Source: a bacterium
GTDB taxonomy: Bacteria > Patescibacteriota > Minisyncoccia > Phycocordibacterales > GWA1-40-21
Assembly: GCA_037131755.1 (NCBI GenBank)
Contig: JBAXQJ010000001.1
Coordinates: 16,176-80,175 of the forward strand
Length of the DNA: 64,000 nucleotides
Direction: 5' to 3'
A program made the position numbers and the translations under genes. Below, one piece after another: positions 7,616-16,718 of the stretch; the first letter of the stretch is position 1; every line of letters begins with the position of its first letter. The notes under the pieces are model-generated. The model was not told where the DNA came from, did not search any database, and saw only the letters and a program-made list of their open reading frames with translations.

Positions 7616-9367
7616 TCAACCACTGATCTGCAAAGAGCGAATGGACTCTCGCCCAAACCATTTCACAAGGATATCCATCGCCTTAGTATTAATTTTCTGA
7701 GTAAACAGGACGGCAAGGCGTTTTTTGGGACGAGAACAGGCCACGTAGAAAAGATTACGATTTCGCTCAAAAGATTCTTTCTTATCGACCGGGATTTTAA
7801 CAGGTGTTCCTGCCCATTCCAGAAATTGGTTATCGTTGTAAATGTTCCACCCGCGCCCGCACACAACGAGTACATTTTCAAACTCGGCTCCTTTGACCCC
7901 ATGTTTCGTTGAGAAAGGTGTCTCGTCATTAATGAACCGCGCAAGGTTGATAACTTCCTGATATGAAATGTCTCTCAATTTGCGAAGGCGGTCAATTGAG
8001 GTTGTTTCCTCGGTAGCCTCCTTCACAATTTGTTGCGCCTCGGCTAGTTCACGTTCCTTTCGTTCTACCGCCTCAGGAAGTCTTGGTCGTTTCGTCCGCC
8101 TTAAATAGTCAAGTACTGCCCCGATGTTCCCTGACTTACGCAATATGGCTAAATCATCCATGTCCTTAGACCACGACACTTTATCCTGGTGTGTACCTAT
8201 GCGAGGTGTCCGACTGCCCAATAACGCAAACATTTCACCATACTTCTTTTCAGAATAGGCTATGCATACAGGTTCCAGTATGTCTATAAAGAAAGCAATG
8301 TGATCATCTTCTTTTTTAACGAAAGATTCTTTATGAGAAAATACTTGGGCTAATGAACTGTAACCTTGTTCGGCGGCAAGAACATTATGAGTCAACATGA
8401 GGATTTTGGTTGTACCTGCTGAAAAGTCCCATCCCTCGTTGGTGAGAAGTTCTTTTGCAGCCTCAAGGTGCGAATGTGCAGAATCAGCCGGTAAATCATC
8501 TGCCCAGTGCTGTCCAGTTCGGCGTGTGCCAACCCACTCATTAGTGTGGAATACTGCAACACTACCTTCCGCCGTTGGGTTTTCCACTTTTTGTGGTAAG
8601 TCTGGACGCATGCGATTAAGGCAATCAACAATAACCGGGGCAGAACGAAAATTAGCCTCTTTACCAATTGTTTCCAGTTTCGGATGGTCAATCAATCCGC
8701 ACCCATCCCCATAAATCTTCTGCCAGTGGTCACCAAAGAATCCTATCAGCGGCCCTTTCTCTGTATCCAAAAAATGTTTTATTAACGCTGCCGCGATCTT
8801 TTCATCGGTATCTTGATATTCGTCAATAAAAAGATAAGGGTAACGATCCGACACGAGATCTCGAAACTTAATTTCATTCAAGAGCTGAATTGTAAGGGCC
8901 AGCACATCGTTGTGATGAAGAGACACATGTTTGTCGTCTATCCCCGGATACCCCAGTTCATAGTTAATTGAACGATTCCCAACATCGCCAATATCCACAA
9001 GTCTTTCGGGCCAATTTTTAAGATTCGGTATCTGCTGACGTAAGAATGGCTGAAAGTCCTTGATTAGCGACCAACAAAAAGCATGAATAGTAGAACAATA
9101 AATCACCGGATGCCGGTCGGTCCGAGAATTGATTTCGTTAGTGGCTACATTAGTGAAGGTAATACATGCTACTTGCTGCTTTCTGCGCAACAGAGACTGC
9201 CCATGCTTTTCTATAATATATTTAAGGGATTTGATTAAAGAATAGGTTTTGCCGGCACCGGCCCCAGCTTCAAGACGAAAACTCTTCCCCTTATCAATGC
9301 AAGAGAAGACTCGATCAAGCGCTTCCTTGGAGGCAAGCTCTGCTGGGTTAGGTGTGATTTCAGACAT
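7616..9367 (-). CDS. gajB: UvrD/PcrA-like superfamily 1 helicase (Gabija GajB-like)
   Basis: Walker A LEAGAGAGKTYSLI, helicase motif II YLFIDEYQDTDEKI, and a C-terminal HGVKGAEFENVLVV...LFYVACSRPKKRL. It overlaps the upstream OLD-family gene by 8 nt, indicating an operon. Confidence 0.75.
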   Translation of the reverse strand: MSEITPNPAELASKEALDRVFSCIDKGKSFRLEAGAGAGKTYSLIKSLKYIIEKHGQSLLRRKQQVACITFTNVATNEINSRTDRHPVIYCSTIHAFCWSLIKDFQPFLRQQIPNLKNWPERLVDIGDVGNRSINYELGYPGIDDKHVSLHHNDVLALTIQLLNEIKFRDLVSDRYPYLFIDEYQDTDEKIAAALIKHFLDTEKGPLIGFFGDHWQKIYGDGCGLIDHPKLETIGKEANFRSAPVIVDCLNRMRPDLPQKVENPTAEGSVAVFHTNEWVGTRRTGQHWADDLPADSAHSHLEAAKELLTNEGWDFSAGTTKILMLTHNVLAAEQGYSSLAQVFSHKESFVKKEDDHIAFFIDILEPVCIAYSEKKYGEMFALLGSRTPRIGTHQDKVSWSKDMDDLAILRKSGNIGAVLDYLRRTKRPRLPEAVERKERELAEAQQIVKEATEETTSIDRLRKLRDISYQEVINLARFINDETPFSTKHGVKGAEFENVLVVCGRGWNIYNDNQFLEWAGTPVKIPVDKKESFERNRNLFYVACSRPKKRLAVLFTQKINTKAMDILVKWFGRESIRSLQISG

Positions 9368-11450
9368 TTGGTTTTGTCGATTCCGCTGGAGTGACTGGAG
9401 CTGATGGAGAAATCACAACAGGTTTTGAGGGTGGGGACAGATGGCGTGTTCCCTCAGCGAGCCAATTCAAACCCTCTGCTATATATCGTGGTACTATCCA
9501 TCCTGTCTGATTAACACCATATTCCAATGCGAAATCCGACTTTTTGGTAACACTTTCCGCTTCAGTATATGTCACATCCTCTATTGTGGCTAGCGGCTCC
9601 GTATCGAATTTGAATAATTTCAGGTTTGCCAAAATAAATGATTGCTCAAAACTTCGTCCGCATGGGTCGCCGACCTTTTCAGGCAATTCATAGGCTAAAC
9701 GAATGAAGTCATGAGTTTTCTCCGCATCTGTTTTTACTGCGAGTGCGCCTGGACTGATCGTCTTGTCATTGAACCAGTCTTTAATACAGGCATTACTCGT
9801 GTGAGTGCCTCCCGACACTTTACAAGCGATATATTTCTTTTTGTCATTCTGTATTGTCGAATCCAAATCTGTAATGACCAATGTTCGCAGTTCAAGAAAC
9901 TTAAGAAAATCAAAGAAAAGGTGGGCGTAAGCTCCCCCTACTTCCACCACCGAAATGTATTGGCTAGATAGGGGGCGCATAGTCGCAGACATTTTCGCAT
10001 CGACCTGCGGAATCATTAATGGCAGCAATATTCGTTCAGTGGTACCCTCGATAAAAATCGCCTTATCAGCAAACAGTAGGTCGCAGCGCGTCAGGGTCAT
10101 ATACTTATGGACAAATTCACGAGCCGCGGGCGCGGTAGAACTGAGTCCTTGTTGTAAATCTTTTATGACTGTGGAGCGGATGCTGGGCGAATGTTCATCC
10201 GATGTAGCCAAACAATAACGCATAGAATCAAATGGCGCCTTATTGGCGAGATGCGATGAGTGTGTCGTCACAACAAATTGAACAGGCCACGGAATTCCTT
10301 TGTTAAATGTGTCCGCAAAAACTTTGGCAATTTCTGCAAGTTTACAAATAAATACTTCCTGCATTTGCGGATGAAGGTGGGCTTCGGGTTCCTCAATAAA
10401 CACAAGATGTGTTACTGGCGCAGTTGGCAGAGTTTTAAAAGACTTAAAAAACTCCAGCAGTTTCAACAGAATATAGATTAGATTGCGTGCGCCCAAGCCA
10501 TTGTATGCTTCGGGCAGGTTGATCCCGTTTACGCCTGCATAATGCACTTTAGTGTGATCAGTTAGAAGGCGCTTAACATCTAATGTTGTTTCGGTAATTA
10601 AACCAGGATCGTTGAAACCTGGATATCCAAACAATGAAAATGCCGGAATCAAACCAGCAAGTTCAGTGTTAAAACCCTCGTCTATATTCTTTTGAATATC
10701 TTTTACTGCTGCCTCAAGTTTAAGAGCAATATCACGATCCTTCGAGTCGGCTGAGTCGGCTGTGGCATTTGCGAGAAGTCCTTCGAGGATTTTCCCCAAA
10801 ACATCCTTGTCACGGTGGCTAATATCATCCAAGCCGCGCTGCGCATTGATGAATCCACTTTGTATTAGAGCGCGGAGGGTAGACCAATCTACAGGCTTTT
10901 GGTTACTGGAATCATGAGGATCCTCAGCAAACACATTTGATGTGTAACACTTCGAGAGCCTTTCTTTAATACTTCGGAAAAAATCGATTTTGGTTAGTTT
11001 CTTGGCAGCAACTTCCCCAGTCGAAAGCTCCGCGAATAAAGAGTCAATTTCGCCAGATTTGAGCTCGTATCGGATAACGATGCAGGTATCTGTGCAATCG
11101 GGGTTCAAATCAATGATGAATTCCGAAAGCGGGCCAAAACTCGGGGTGCCTTTTTCATAGCGTACTGTTAGTCGAACTTCAATTACAGGGAGTGATGCGC
11201 GAATCTTGTCTTCGTCGACGCTAGTGGTCTTTAATATAAATGCCGTCCAGAAGTCCTCATGCGATGCAAGTGAGAAGTCCTCAAGTTGGAATGTGGGCGA
11301 TTTGTCCTGCAACAGACGTCGAAATAATTCAGTGAGCGAGGTCTTGCCACTATTGTTACGTCCTACAATGACAGTCGTTTGCTTTTCGAAGCAAAGCTGA
11401 ACTTTCCTCAATAATCGGAAGTTTTTGATTTCGACTTTATGAATATGCAT
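9360..11450 (-). CDS. gajA: OLD-family ATP-dependent endonuclease (ABC-type ATPase plus TOPRIM; Gabija GajA-like)
   Basis: N-terminal IKNFRLLRKVQLCFEKQTTVIVGRNNSGKTSL (AAA_21 P-loop) and VFIEEPEAHLHPQMQ (Walker B/D-loop), then a C-terminal TOPRIM with AIFIEGTTERILLP and LVITDLDS. A class 2 OLD protein followed by a UvrD helicase is the Gabija architecture. Confidence 0.75.
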   Translation of the reverse strand: MHIHKVEIKNFRLLRKVQLCFEKQTTVIVGRNNSGKTSLTELFRRLLQDKSPTFQLEDFSLASHEDFWTAFILKTTSVDEDKIRASLPVIEVRLTVRYEKGTPSFGPLSEFIIDLNPDCTDTCIVIRYELKSGEIDSLFAELSTGEVAAKKLTKIDFFRSIKERLSKCYTSNVFAEDPHDSSNQKPVDWSTLRALIQSGFINAQRGLDDISHRDKDVLGKILEGLLANATADSADSKDRDIALKLEAAVKDIQKNIDEGFNTELAGLIPAFSLFGYPGFNDPGLITETTLDVKRLLTDHTKVHYAGVNGINLPEAYNGLGARNLIYILLKLLEFFKSFKTLPTAPVTHLVFIEEPEAHLHPQMQEVFICKLAEIAKVFADTFNKGIPWPVQFVVTTHSSHLANKAPFDSMRYCLATSDEHSPSIRSTVIKDLQQGLSSTAPAAREFVHKYMTLTRCDLLFADKAIFIEGTTERILLPLMIPQVDAKMSATMRPLSSQYISVVEVGGAYAHLFFDFLKFLELRTLVITDLDSTIQNDKKKYIACKVSGGTHTSNACIKDWFNDKTISPGALAVKTDAEKTHDFIRLAYELPEKVGDPCGRSFEQSFILANLKLFKFDTEPLATIEDVTYTEAESVTKKSDFALEYGVNQTGWIVPRYIAEGLNWLAEGTRHLSPPSKPVVISPSAPVTPAESTKPNV

Positions 11451-11668
11451 GGTGTTTTGCTTTACTTTCTTTTAATAATAACCCGGCATTTGAATTGAGA
11501 CAAGCGATAGATGTCGGAGAGTTCAACCTTCCCTTGCTGAACTTGTTGCAGATGGAGGGGTGGCGTGACTACATTTCGACTAAGAAAGCGATTCGGTGGC
11601 GAGTTTACCAACATAGACGATAGATTTTGATAGGGATGATGAAAACAATCCTTTCGCCCTTTTAGACT

Positions 11669-14587
11669 TTGCCCTATACACCATTGCCGCGATTCAATAT
11701 CCTGAGGGGCATGTCATCTATTTCATGGAACGAGGTACGCGACAGGGCGCTTAAGTTCTCACGAAAGTGGGCTGAAGAAACCTCCGAAAGGGCGGAGGCC
11801 AAGACGTTTTGGGACCAGTTCTTCAACGTGTTTGGCGTTGAACGCCGTGCCGTTGCTAGTTTTGAGGAACCCGTCAGGAACCTGAAGGGGAAATACAACT
11901 ACATTGACCTTTTTTGGAAAGGGACGGTTCTGGCGGAGCACAAATCCCGTGGCAAGGATTTGGATAAGGCAGGCTCGCAAGCGTTCTCATACATCCAGGA
12001 CCTTGCCCGTGATGGCCGGATGGACGAAATCCCCCGCTATATCATCGTTTCAGATTTCGACAAGATTTACCTCCATGATTTGGACCCCGATGACCAGCGT
12101 GACCTTCAACTTTTCGACCAATGGCACGTCAAGACAACAGAAATCACTCTGAAGGACCTCCACAATCATGTCAGGGCGTTCGCGTTCATCAAGGGTGAAA
12201 AGGCTGTTCGTCTTGATCCTGAAGACCCGGCCAACCAGAAGGCAACCGACATCATGGGGGAACTGCATGACACCCTCAAGGATGGCGGCTATGAGGGACA
12301 CAATCTTGAACGGTTTTTGGTGCGGGTACTATTTTGCCTGTTTGCCGATGATACGGGACTGTTCGACCAGCCCCATTGTTTTCAATCGTACATAAAAAAC
12401 CACACCAGGGAAGACGGGTCGGACCTGGGAATGAACCTTGCACAGGTATTCGAGATACTGGATACCCACGAAGACAAGCGACAGAAGAATTTGGATGATG
12501 ATCTTACCGTCTTTCCCTATGTTAACGGCGGGTTGTTCCAAGAACGTCTTCCGTTTGTGCATTTCAACAGGGCTCAAAGGGAAGCCTTGCTTGCCTGCTG
12601 CGACTTCAATTGGTCGAAAATTTCCCCGGCCGTGTTCGGGTCTCTTTTTCAGTCGGTCATGGAACCTAAGGAAAGACGGCAATCTGGTGGGCACTACACC
12701 AGCGAGCGGGACATTATGAAGGTAATACGCTCATTGTTCCTTGATGACCTTCGGGCGGAATTCGGGCTGATTGAGCGCGATAAGTCAACCCGTAGGAATA
12801 CAAGGCTTGAGGAGTTTCATAGAAAACTTGCGAACCTTCGTTTCTTTGACCCCGCATGTGGTTGCGGGAACTTTTTGGTCATCACATACAGGGAATTACG
12901 CCTCCTTGAAATAGAAGTTCTCAAGGAACTGCACGATATTGAAGTGCCAAACGAACTGCACAAAAAAACCCAGTTGGTGACTGACATTCAGCATCTTTCT
13001 CTCTTGGATGTTGATCAGATGTATGGAATCGAAATCAGCGAATGGCCTGCCAGGATTGCCGAAGTAGCCATGTGGTTGCTTGACCACCAGATGAACCAGC
13101 TGTTAAGCGAAGCTTTCGGCCAGTATTACATCAAACTTCCATTAAGGGCTTCGCCGCACATTGTCTCCGAAAATGCCCTTCGTTTGGACTGGAAGAAAGT
13201 CCTGCCTCCCGAGAAATGTAGTTTCATCCTTGGCAACCCGCCGTTCGTCGGGAAACACCTGATGGACAAGGACCAGATGGCTGATATGGTTGCAGTATGG
13301 GGCGACGTTGATGGCTCTGGTATTCTTGATTACGTCACCGCATGGTACAGGAAGGCCGCCGAATACATCAAGGGTACGGACATACTTGTCGGGTTCGTCT
13401 CCACGAATTCGATATGCCAAGGGGAACAGGTTGGTATCCTTTGGAACACGTTGTTCCAGCGATATGGCCTTAAAATATTATTCGGACACCGTACGTTCAC
13501 TTGGGAAAGCGAAGCCAGGGGAAAGGCCCACGTCCACGTGGTCATTGTCGGCTTTTATAATTCCGCCAACCCATTAAAAATGACAAAAAGGATTTACGAA
13601 TACCACAAGTCCACGGACAAGATAACAGTTGAACATGTCAAAAACATCAGCCCGTATCTGATTGAGGGTTCAGACCTTGCCGTCATGGCTCAAACCAACC
13701 CAATATGCGAAGTCCCAGCCTGCGTATACGGCAACAAGCCAACCGATGGCGGCCATTTGATCATCGAAGAAGAAGACCGGGAGTCCTTCATCAGGGAAAA
13801 TCCTGACGCAAAGAAATACATTAAGAAATTGTTATGTGCTGAAGAATACCTACATTCTGTACCCAGGTGGTGCTTGTGGCTTGTCGGGGCCTCACCAGCC
13901 GACATCAAGAACATACCAGGATTGAGGAAACGAATTGAAGCGGTGAAGACTTTCCGCCTCAACAGCAAAAAGGTTCCCACGCAAAAGAAGGCCAGTGAGC
14001 CAACCCTGTTCGCGGAAATCCGTCAGCCGAAAGGCCGGTACATTGTCATTCCACAGCACTCATCGGAATCAAGGCCTTACATTCCTTTTGGCTATTTTGA
14101 CCCCGACGTGATTATTCATAACAGTTGCACCGCCGTTCCTGATGTGTCGTTGTTCCATTTTGGGGTGATGTCATCGGCAATCCATATGGCGTGGGTCAAG
14201 TTGGTATGCGGACGCATAAAATCCGATTACCGTTATTCGAACACTCTCGTTTATAACAACTTCCCTTGGCCAGAAAAAACAGCAGACAAGCAAAGGTCAG
14301 CCGTGGAAATTGCAGCACAGAAGGTGTTGGATGCCCGCAAGGCCTTTCCTGATTCGACACTTGCCGACCTGTATGACCCCGTGGCGATGCCGCCATTGCT
14401 GGCGAAGGCCCATGCGGAATTAGATAAAGCTGTAGACAGGTGTTACTGTCTAGAATCTTTCCCCACGGACCGGCACCGGGTGGAGTTTCTTTTTGCGATG
14501 TACGAGAAGATCGCTAACCCGCTGGCCATCGGGGGCAAGGAAAAGAAAGCTAAGAAGAAACCGAAAAGTCAGACTAATCATTCTTAA
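11669..14587 (+). CDS. MmeI-family Type IIL/IIG restriction-modification enzyme (fused nuclease, N6-adenine methyltransferase and target-recognition domain)
   Basis: N-terminal MmeI-like nuclease region TFWDQFFNVFGVERR...YIDLFWKGTVLAEHKSRGKDLDKA with an intact D...EHK motif. SAM motif I LRFFDPACGCGNFLV and motif IV ILGNPPFVG (gamma-class N6-A MTase). 972 aa, typical of the family. Confidence 0.75.
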   Translation: MPYTPLPRFNILRGMSSISWNEVRDRALKFSRKWAEETSERAEAKTFWDQFFNVFGVERRAVASFEEPVRNLKGKYNYIDLFWKGTVLAEHKSRGKDLDKAGSQAFSYIQDLARDGRMDEIPRYIIVSDFDKIYLHDLDPDDQRDLQLFDQWHVKTTEITLKDLHNHVRAFAFIKGEKAVRLDPEDPANQKATDIMGELHDTLKDGGYEGHNLERFLVRVLFCLFADDTGLFDQPHCFQSYIKNHTREDGSDLGMNLAQVFEILDTHEDKRQKNLDDDLTVFPYVNGGLFQERLPFVHFNRAQREALLACCDFNWSKISPAVFGSLFQSVMEPKERRQSGGHYTSERDIMKVIRSLFLDDLRAEFGLIERDKSTRRNTRLEEFHRKLANLRFFDPACGCGNFLVITYRELRLLEIEVLKELHDIEVPNELHKKTQLVTDIQHLSLLDVDQMYGIEISEWPARIAEVAMWLLDHQMNQLLSEAFGQYYIKLPLRASPHIVSENALRLDWKKVLPPEKCSFILGNPPFVGKHLMDKDQMADMVAVWGDVDGSGILDYVTAWYRKAAEYIKGTDILVGFVSTNSICQGEQVGILWNTLFQRYGLKILFGHRTFTWESEARGKAHVHVVIVGFYNSANPLKMTKRIYEYHKSTDKITVEHVKNISPYLIEGSDLAVMAQTNPICEVPACVYGNKPTDGGHLIIEEEDRESFIRENPDAKKYIKKLLCAEEYLHSVPRWCLWLVGASPADIKNIPGLRKRIEAVKTFRLNSKKVPTQKKASEPTLFAEIRQPKGRYIVIPQHSSESRPYIPFGYFDPDVIIHNSCTAVPDVSLFHFGVMSSAIHMAWVKLVCGRIKSDYRYSNTLVYNNFPWPEKTADKQRSAVEIAAQKVLDARKAFPDSTLADLYDPVAMPPLLAKAHAELDKAVDRCYCLESFPTDRHRVEFLFAMYEKIANPLAIGGKEKKAKKKPKSQTNHS

Positions 14588-15116
14588 AAATTTCGGTTTT
14601 GATCAATTCGGACACATCGCGCATCCTATCAACGTACAGTAACCCATTCAGGTGGTCAATTTCATGTGCAATTACTCTTGCCAAGAAGCCTTCGGCTTTG
14701 AGTGCTCGATTTGAACCAAAACGGTCTTGATATGAAATGCTAATTTTAGTTCTTCTTTCAACTTCGCCCGCATAATCAGGCAAGGACATACATGATTCCT
14801 TTTTTTTATCCTTTTTCCCGCTAGTTTCCAACACTTTTGGATTTACCAGAATTAACGTATCCTGCGATTTGTTTTTGTTTATATTTATAATCGTAAGCTT
14901 TAGTCGGATGCCAACCTGTGGTGCTGCTAAACCTATTGCGATTTTATGAGCTATAAAGGTCTCAACCAAATCATTAACTATCTCTTGAAATACCGGGCCA
15001 AAATCCAAGACCTCTTCACAGGCTACTCTAAGAGGCGGCTCTTTTGAACCGATTTCTTCAAGCTTGAGTTGTACTAGGGGTAAAATGCTCATGATAATGA
15101 TTAATTCATAATCCAC
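14574..15116 (-). CDS. def: Peptide deformylase
   Basis: GLAAPQVGIRLKL (motif 1), ESCMSLP (EGCLS-like motif 2) and HEIDHLNG (HEXXH motif 3). The 3' end is convergent with and overlaps MmeI by 14 nt. The real start may be the internal MSILPL (15092). Confidence 0.8.
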   Translation of the reverse strand: MDYELIIIMSILPLVQLKLEEIGSKEPPLRVACEEVLDFGPVFQEIVNDLVETFIAHKIAIGLAAPQVGIRLKLTIININKNKSQDTLILVNPKVLETSGKKDKKKESCMSLPDYAGEVERRTKISISYQDRFGSNRALKAEGFLARVIAHEIDHLNGLLYVDRMRDVSELIKTEIFKND

Positions 15117-15898
15117 TTTATTTCGTAGTGATATAGCAACTTAGGATTCGGAACAACCCATGATACTTCTCCATGCTTGTCCAAGGGTTTGGTGAACGAA
15201 TCCAGCGGCTTCCGCGATCCTATAGCGCTTGAAGTCTCACAAGTAACTTCTCTAACACCAAAACTTAATGGAAGTGATACATTAAGCTTAAGAGAATCTG
15301 TGGGTTCTTCCATCGTCGCTGAACAAAATGGAACAGCAACCTTCTCCAAGTCCTCAAGTTCCCATATAGCTTCGGTGTTGATACTTTCGCCCTTTTTTAA
15401 GGTTTTCTGTAGCCGAATTTCGTACGCATTCCAAATGTTTCGTTTCACAGTCTCAACTATATTATGTTCAGGAATACCACTTCTGAGAACTACTTTTCCT
15501 CTGCCTGTCCAGCGATATATATCTCTGTATACATCAAGACCGTTCTTTAAAGATTTAATGCATGTTCTCTTCTTATAACGCATATGAGTCTTGTCCACAT
15601 ACTCATAAGTTATTTCCCGTTCCAGAATTTTAAAGTCAAAGTCCAGTCGCGGAAAATTCGGACGGTGTCGGTCATGTTTCCTGTATATTGCCAACAATGC
15701 AAATGATATTGCAGTGCCAAACAGAATACCAATTTGGTATTTATACGGATCAAGAGATGTTATCTTGAGTGCGAGTATCTTCGAGCTCAACAAAGTTACA
15801 GCATATGCAAGAATGATCGCTAGACTATATTTAACAATATCATATAGCCCCTTCTTCAGAAAGTCCCGCCTTAATGACTCAATAAAATTATCGGCCAT
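15101..15898 (-). CDS. Hypothetical 2-TM membrane protein with a C-terminal soluble domain, overlapping and co-oriented with def
   Basis: 265 aa with two N-terminal TM helices (LAIILAYAVTLLSS..., IGILFGTAISFALLAIY) and then about 190 aa with no recognisable motif. Its stop overlaps the longest def start by 16 nt. Confidence 0.5.
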   Translation of the reverse strand: MADNFIESLRRDFLKKGLYDIVKYSLAIILAYAVTLLSSKILALKITSLDPYKYQIGILFGTAISFALLAIYRKHDRHRPNFPRLDFDFKILEREITYEYVDKTHMRYKKRTCIKSLKNGLDVYRDIYRWTGRGKVVLRSGIPEHNIVETVKRNIWNAYEIRLQKTLKKGESINTEAIWELEDLEKVAVPFCSATMEEPTDSLKLNVSLPLSFGVREVTCETSSAIGSRKPLDSFTKPLDKHGEVSWVVPNPKLLYHYEIKWIMN

Positions 15899-16154
15899 TT
15901 TTAACCTAATCTTTCTGTATCGACGGTACGTATAAAAATAAACAATCCCATCGTTTATTGTGACAAGTCACTACACGTAAGTGATCTTTTTATGATGAAT
16001 ATATACTTAACCCATATTTCAATAATATCAAAATAGATGATCAATGTCAAATACTAGACAAGAGTTTTGCGTTTACGAAACGCACGTATTATGGAGGATT
16101 TTATTGACTCCCTGACCGACTTACCCCACATAATACAGGCAAATGGAGGTGTTT

Positions 16155-16715
16155 ATGTTCAGCAAATCAAAACCTACGCAAGCCAACGTCCTCAGCCACT
16201 GGTACACTCCTGTTCCGAACTTCAGCATGTCCACCAAGGAATTCTACGACAAGGTGGAGAGAGAGCTTGGAACACAACAAGTGCCTGGCCTTAAAATATC
16301 CCGCCCTGAGCTTTCAGAAGGTGGGCTGTTTGCGGCCAAGCGTCAATATCTGCGCCTGAAACGGGATGACGTGTTGTTTGACATCTGTGCCTGTCCATTT
16401 GGTGTCAATTACTTCTTCTCCTGCCGTTTTGCAGCCACACCTCCTACTGGTCTCAAAGTATTGATTTCAAAGATCATCAACCTGATTCTGGAAAAGCTGA
16501 ATCTACGACTTGTCGATACATATCATAAGGAAGACACCCGTCTTATGTATATGACCGTGGTGGAAGGTGTCGTCAAGAAACTGGTGGAACAGGAAACAGC
16601 GGCCAAAGGCATTAAACTCTTGGATGAATACGAGCATGCTCCAATCCTGGGGGATCTGTATAAGTCGAAAAGAAAGATCTTAGACCAGAACCAAGTTGAG
16701 GTTATTGAGGCATAA
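16155..16715 (+). CDS. Hypothetical protein, first gene of a two-gene cassette with the large TraD/HerA-like ATPase
   Basis: About 186 aa (second ATG after a GGAGGTG Shine-Dalgarno). Its stop is 4 nt before the next start. No recognisable family (...CACPFGVNYFFSCRFAATPP...). Confidence 0.5.
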   Translation: MFSKSKPTQANVLSHWYTPVPNFSMSTKEFYDKVERELGTQQVPGLKISRPELSEGGLFAAKRQYLRLKRDDVLFDICACPFGVNYFFSCRFAATPPTGLKVLISKIINLILEKLNLRLVDTYHKEDTRLMYMTVVEGVVKKLVEQETAAKGIKLLDEYEHAPILGDLYKSKRKILDQNQVEVIEA

Positions 16716-16718
16716 CCA

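Noticed and set aside
8392-8714. Two about 100-aa ORFs inside the UvrD-like helicase gene.
   Set aside because: They are antisense or alternative-frame ORFs in a GC-richer gene, with no independent support.
11669-14587. Possibility that the MmeI-like gene is BREX PglX.
   Set aside because: No brxA/brxB/brxC/pglZ/brxL-like genes flank it, and the nuclease D...EHK motif is intact. The flanks are Gabija-like and def.
16143-16154. First ATG of the 190-aa ORF as the start codon.
   Set aside because: That ATG lies within the Shine-Dalgarno-like GGAGGTG. The second ATG (16155) has proper spacing and is used instead.
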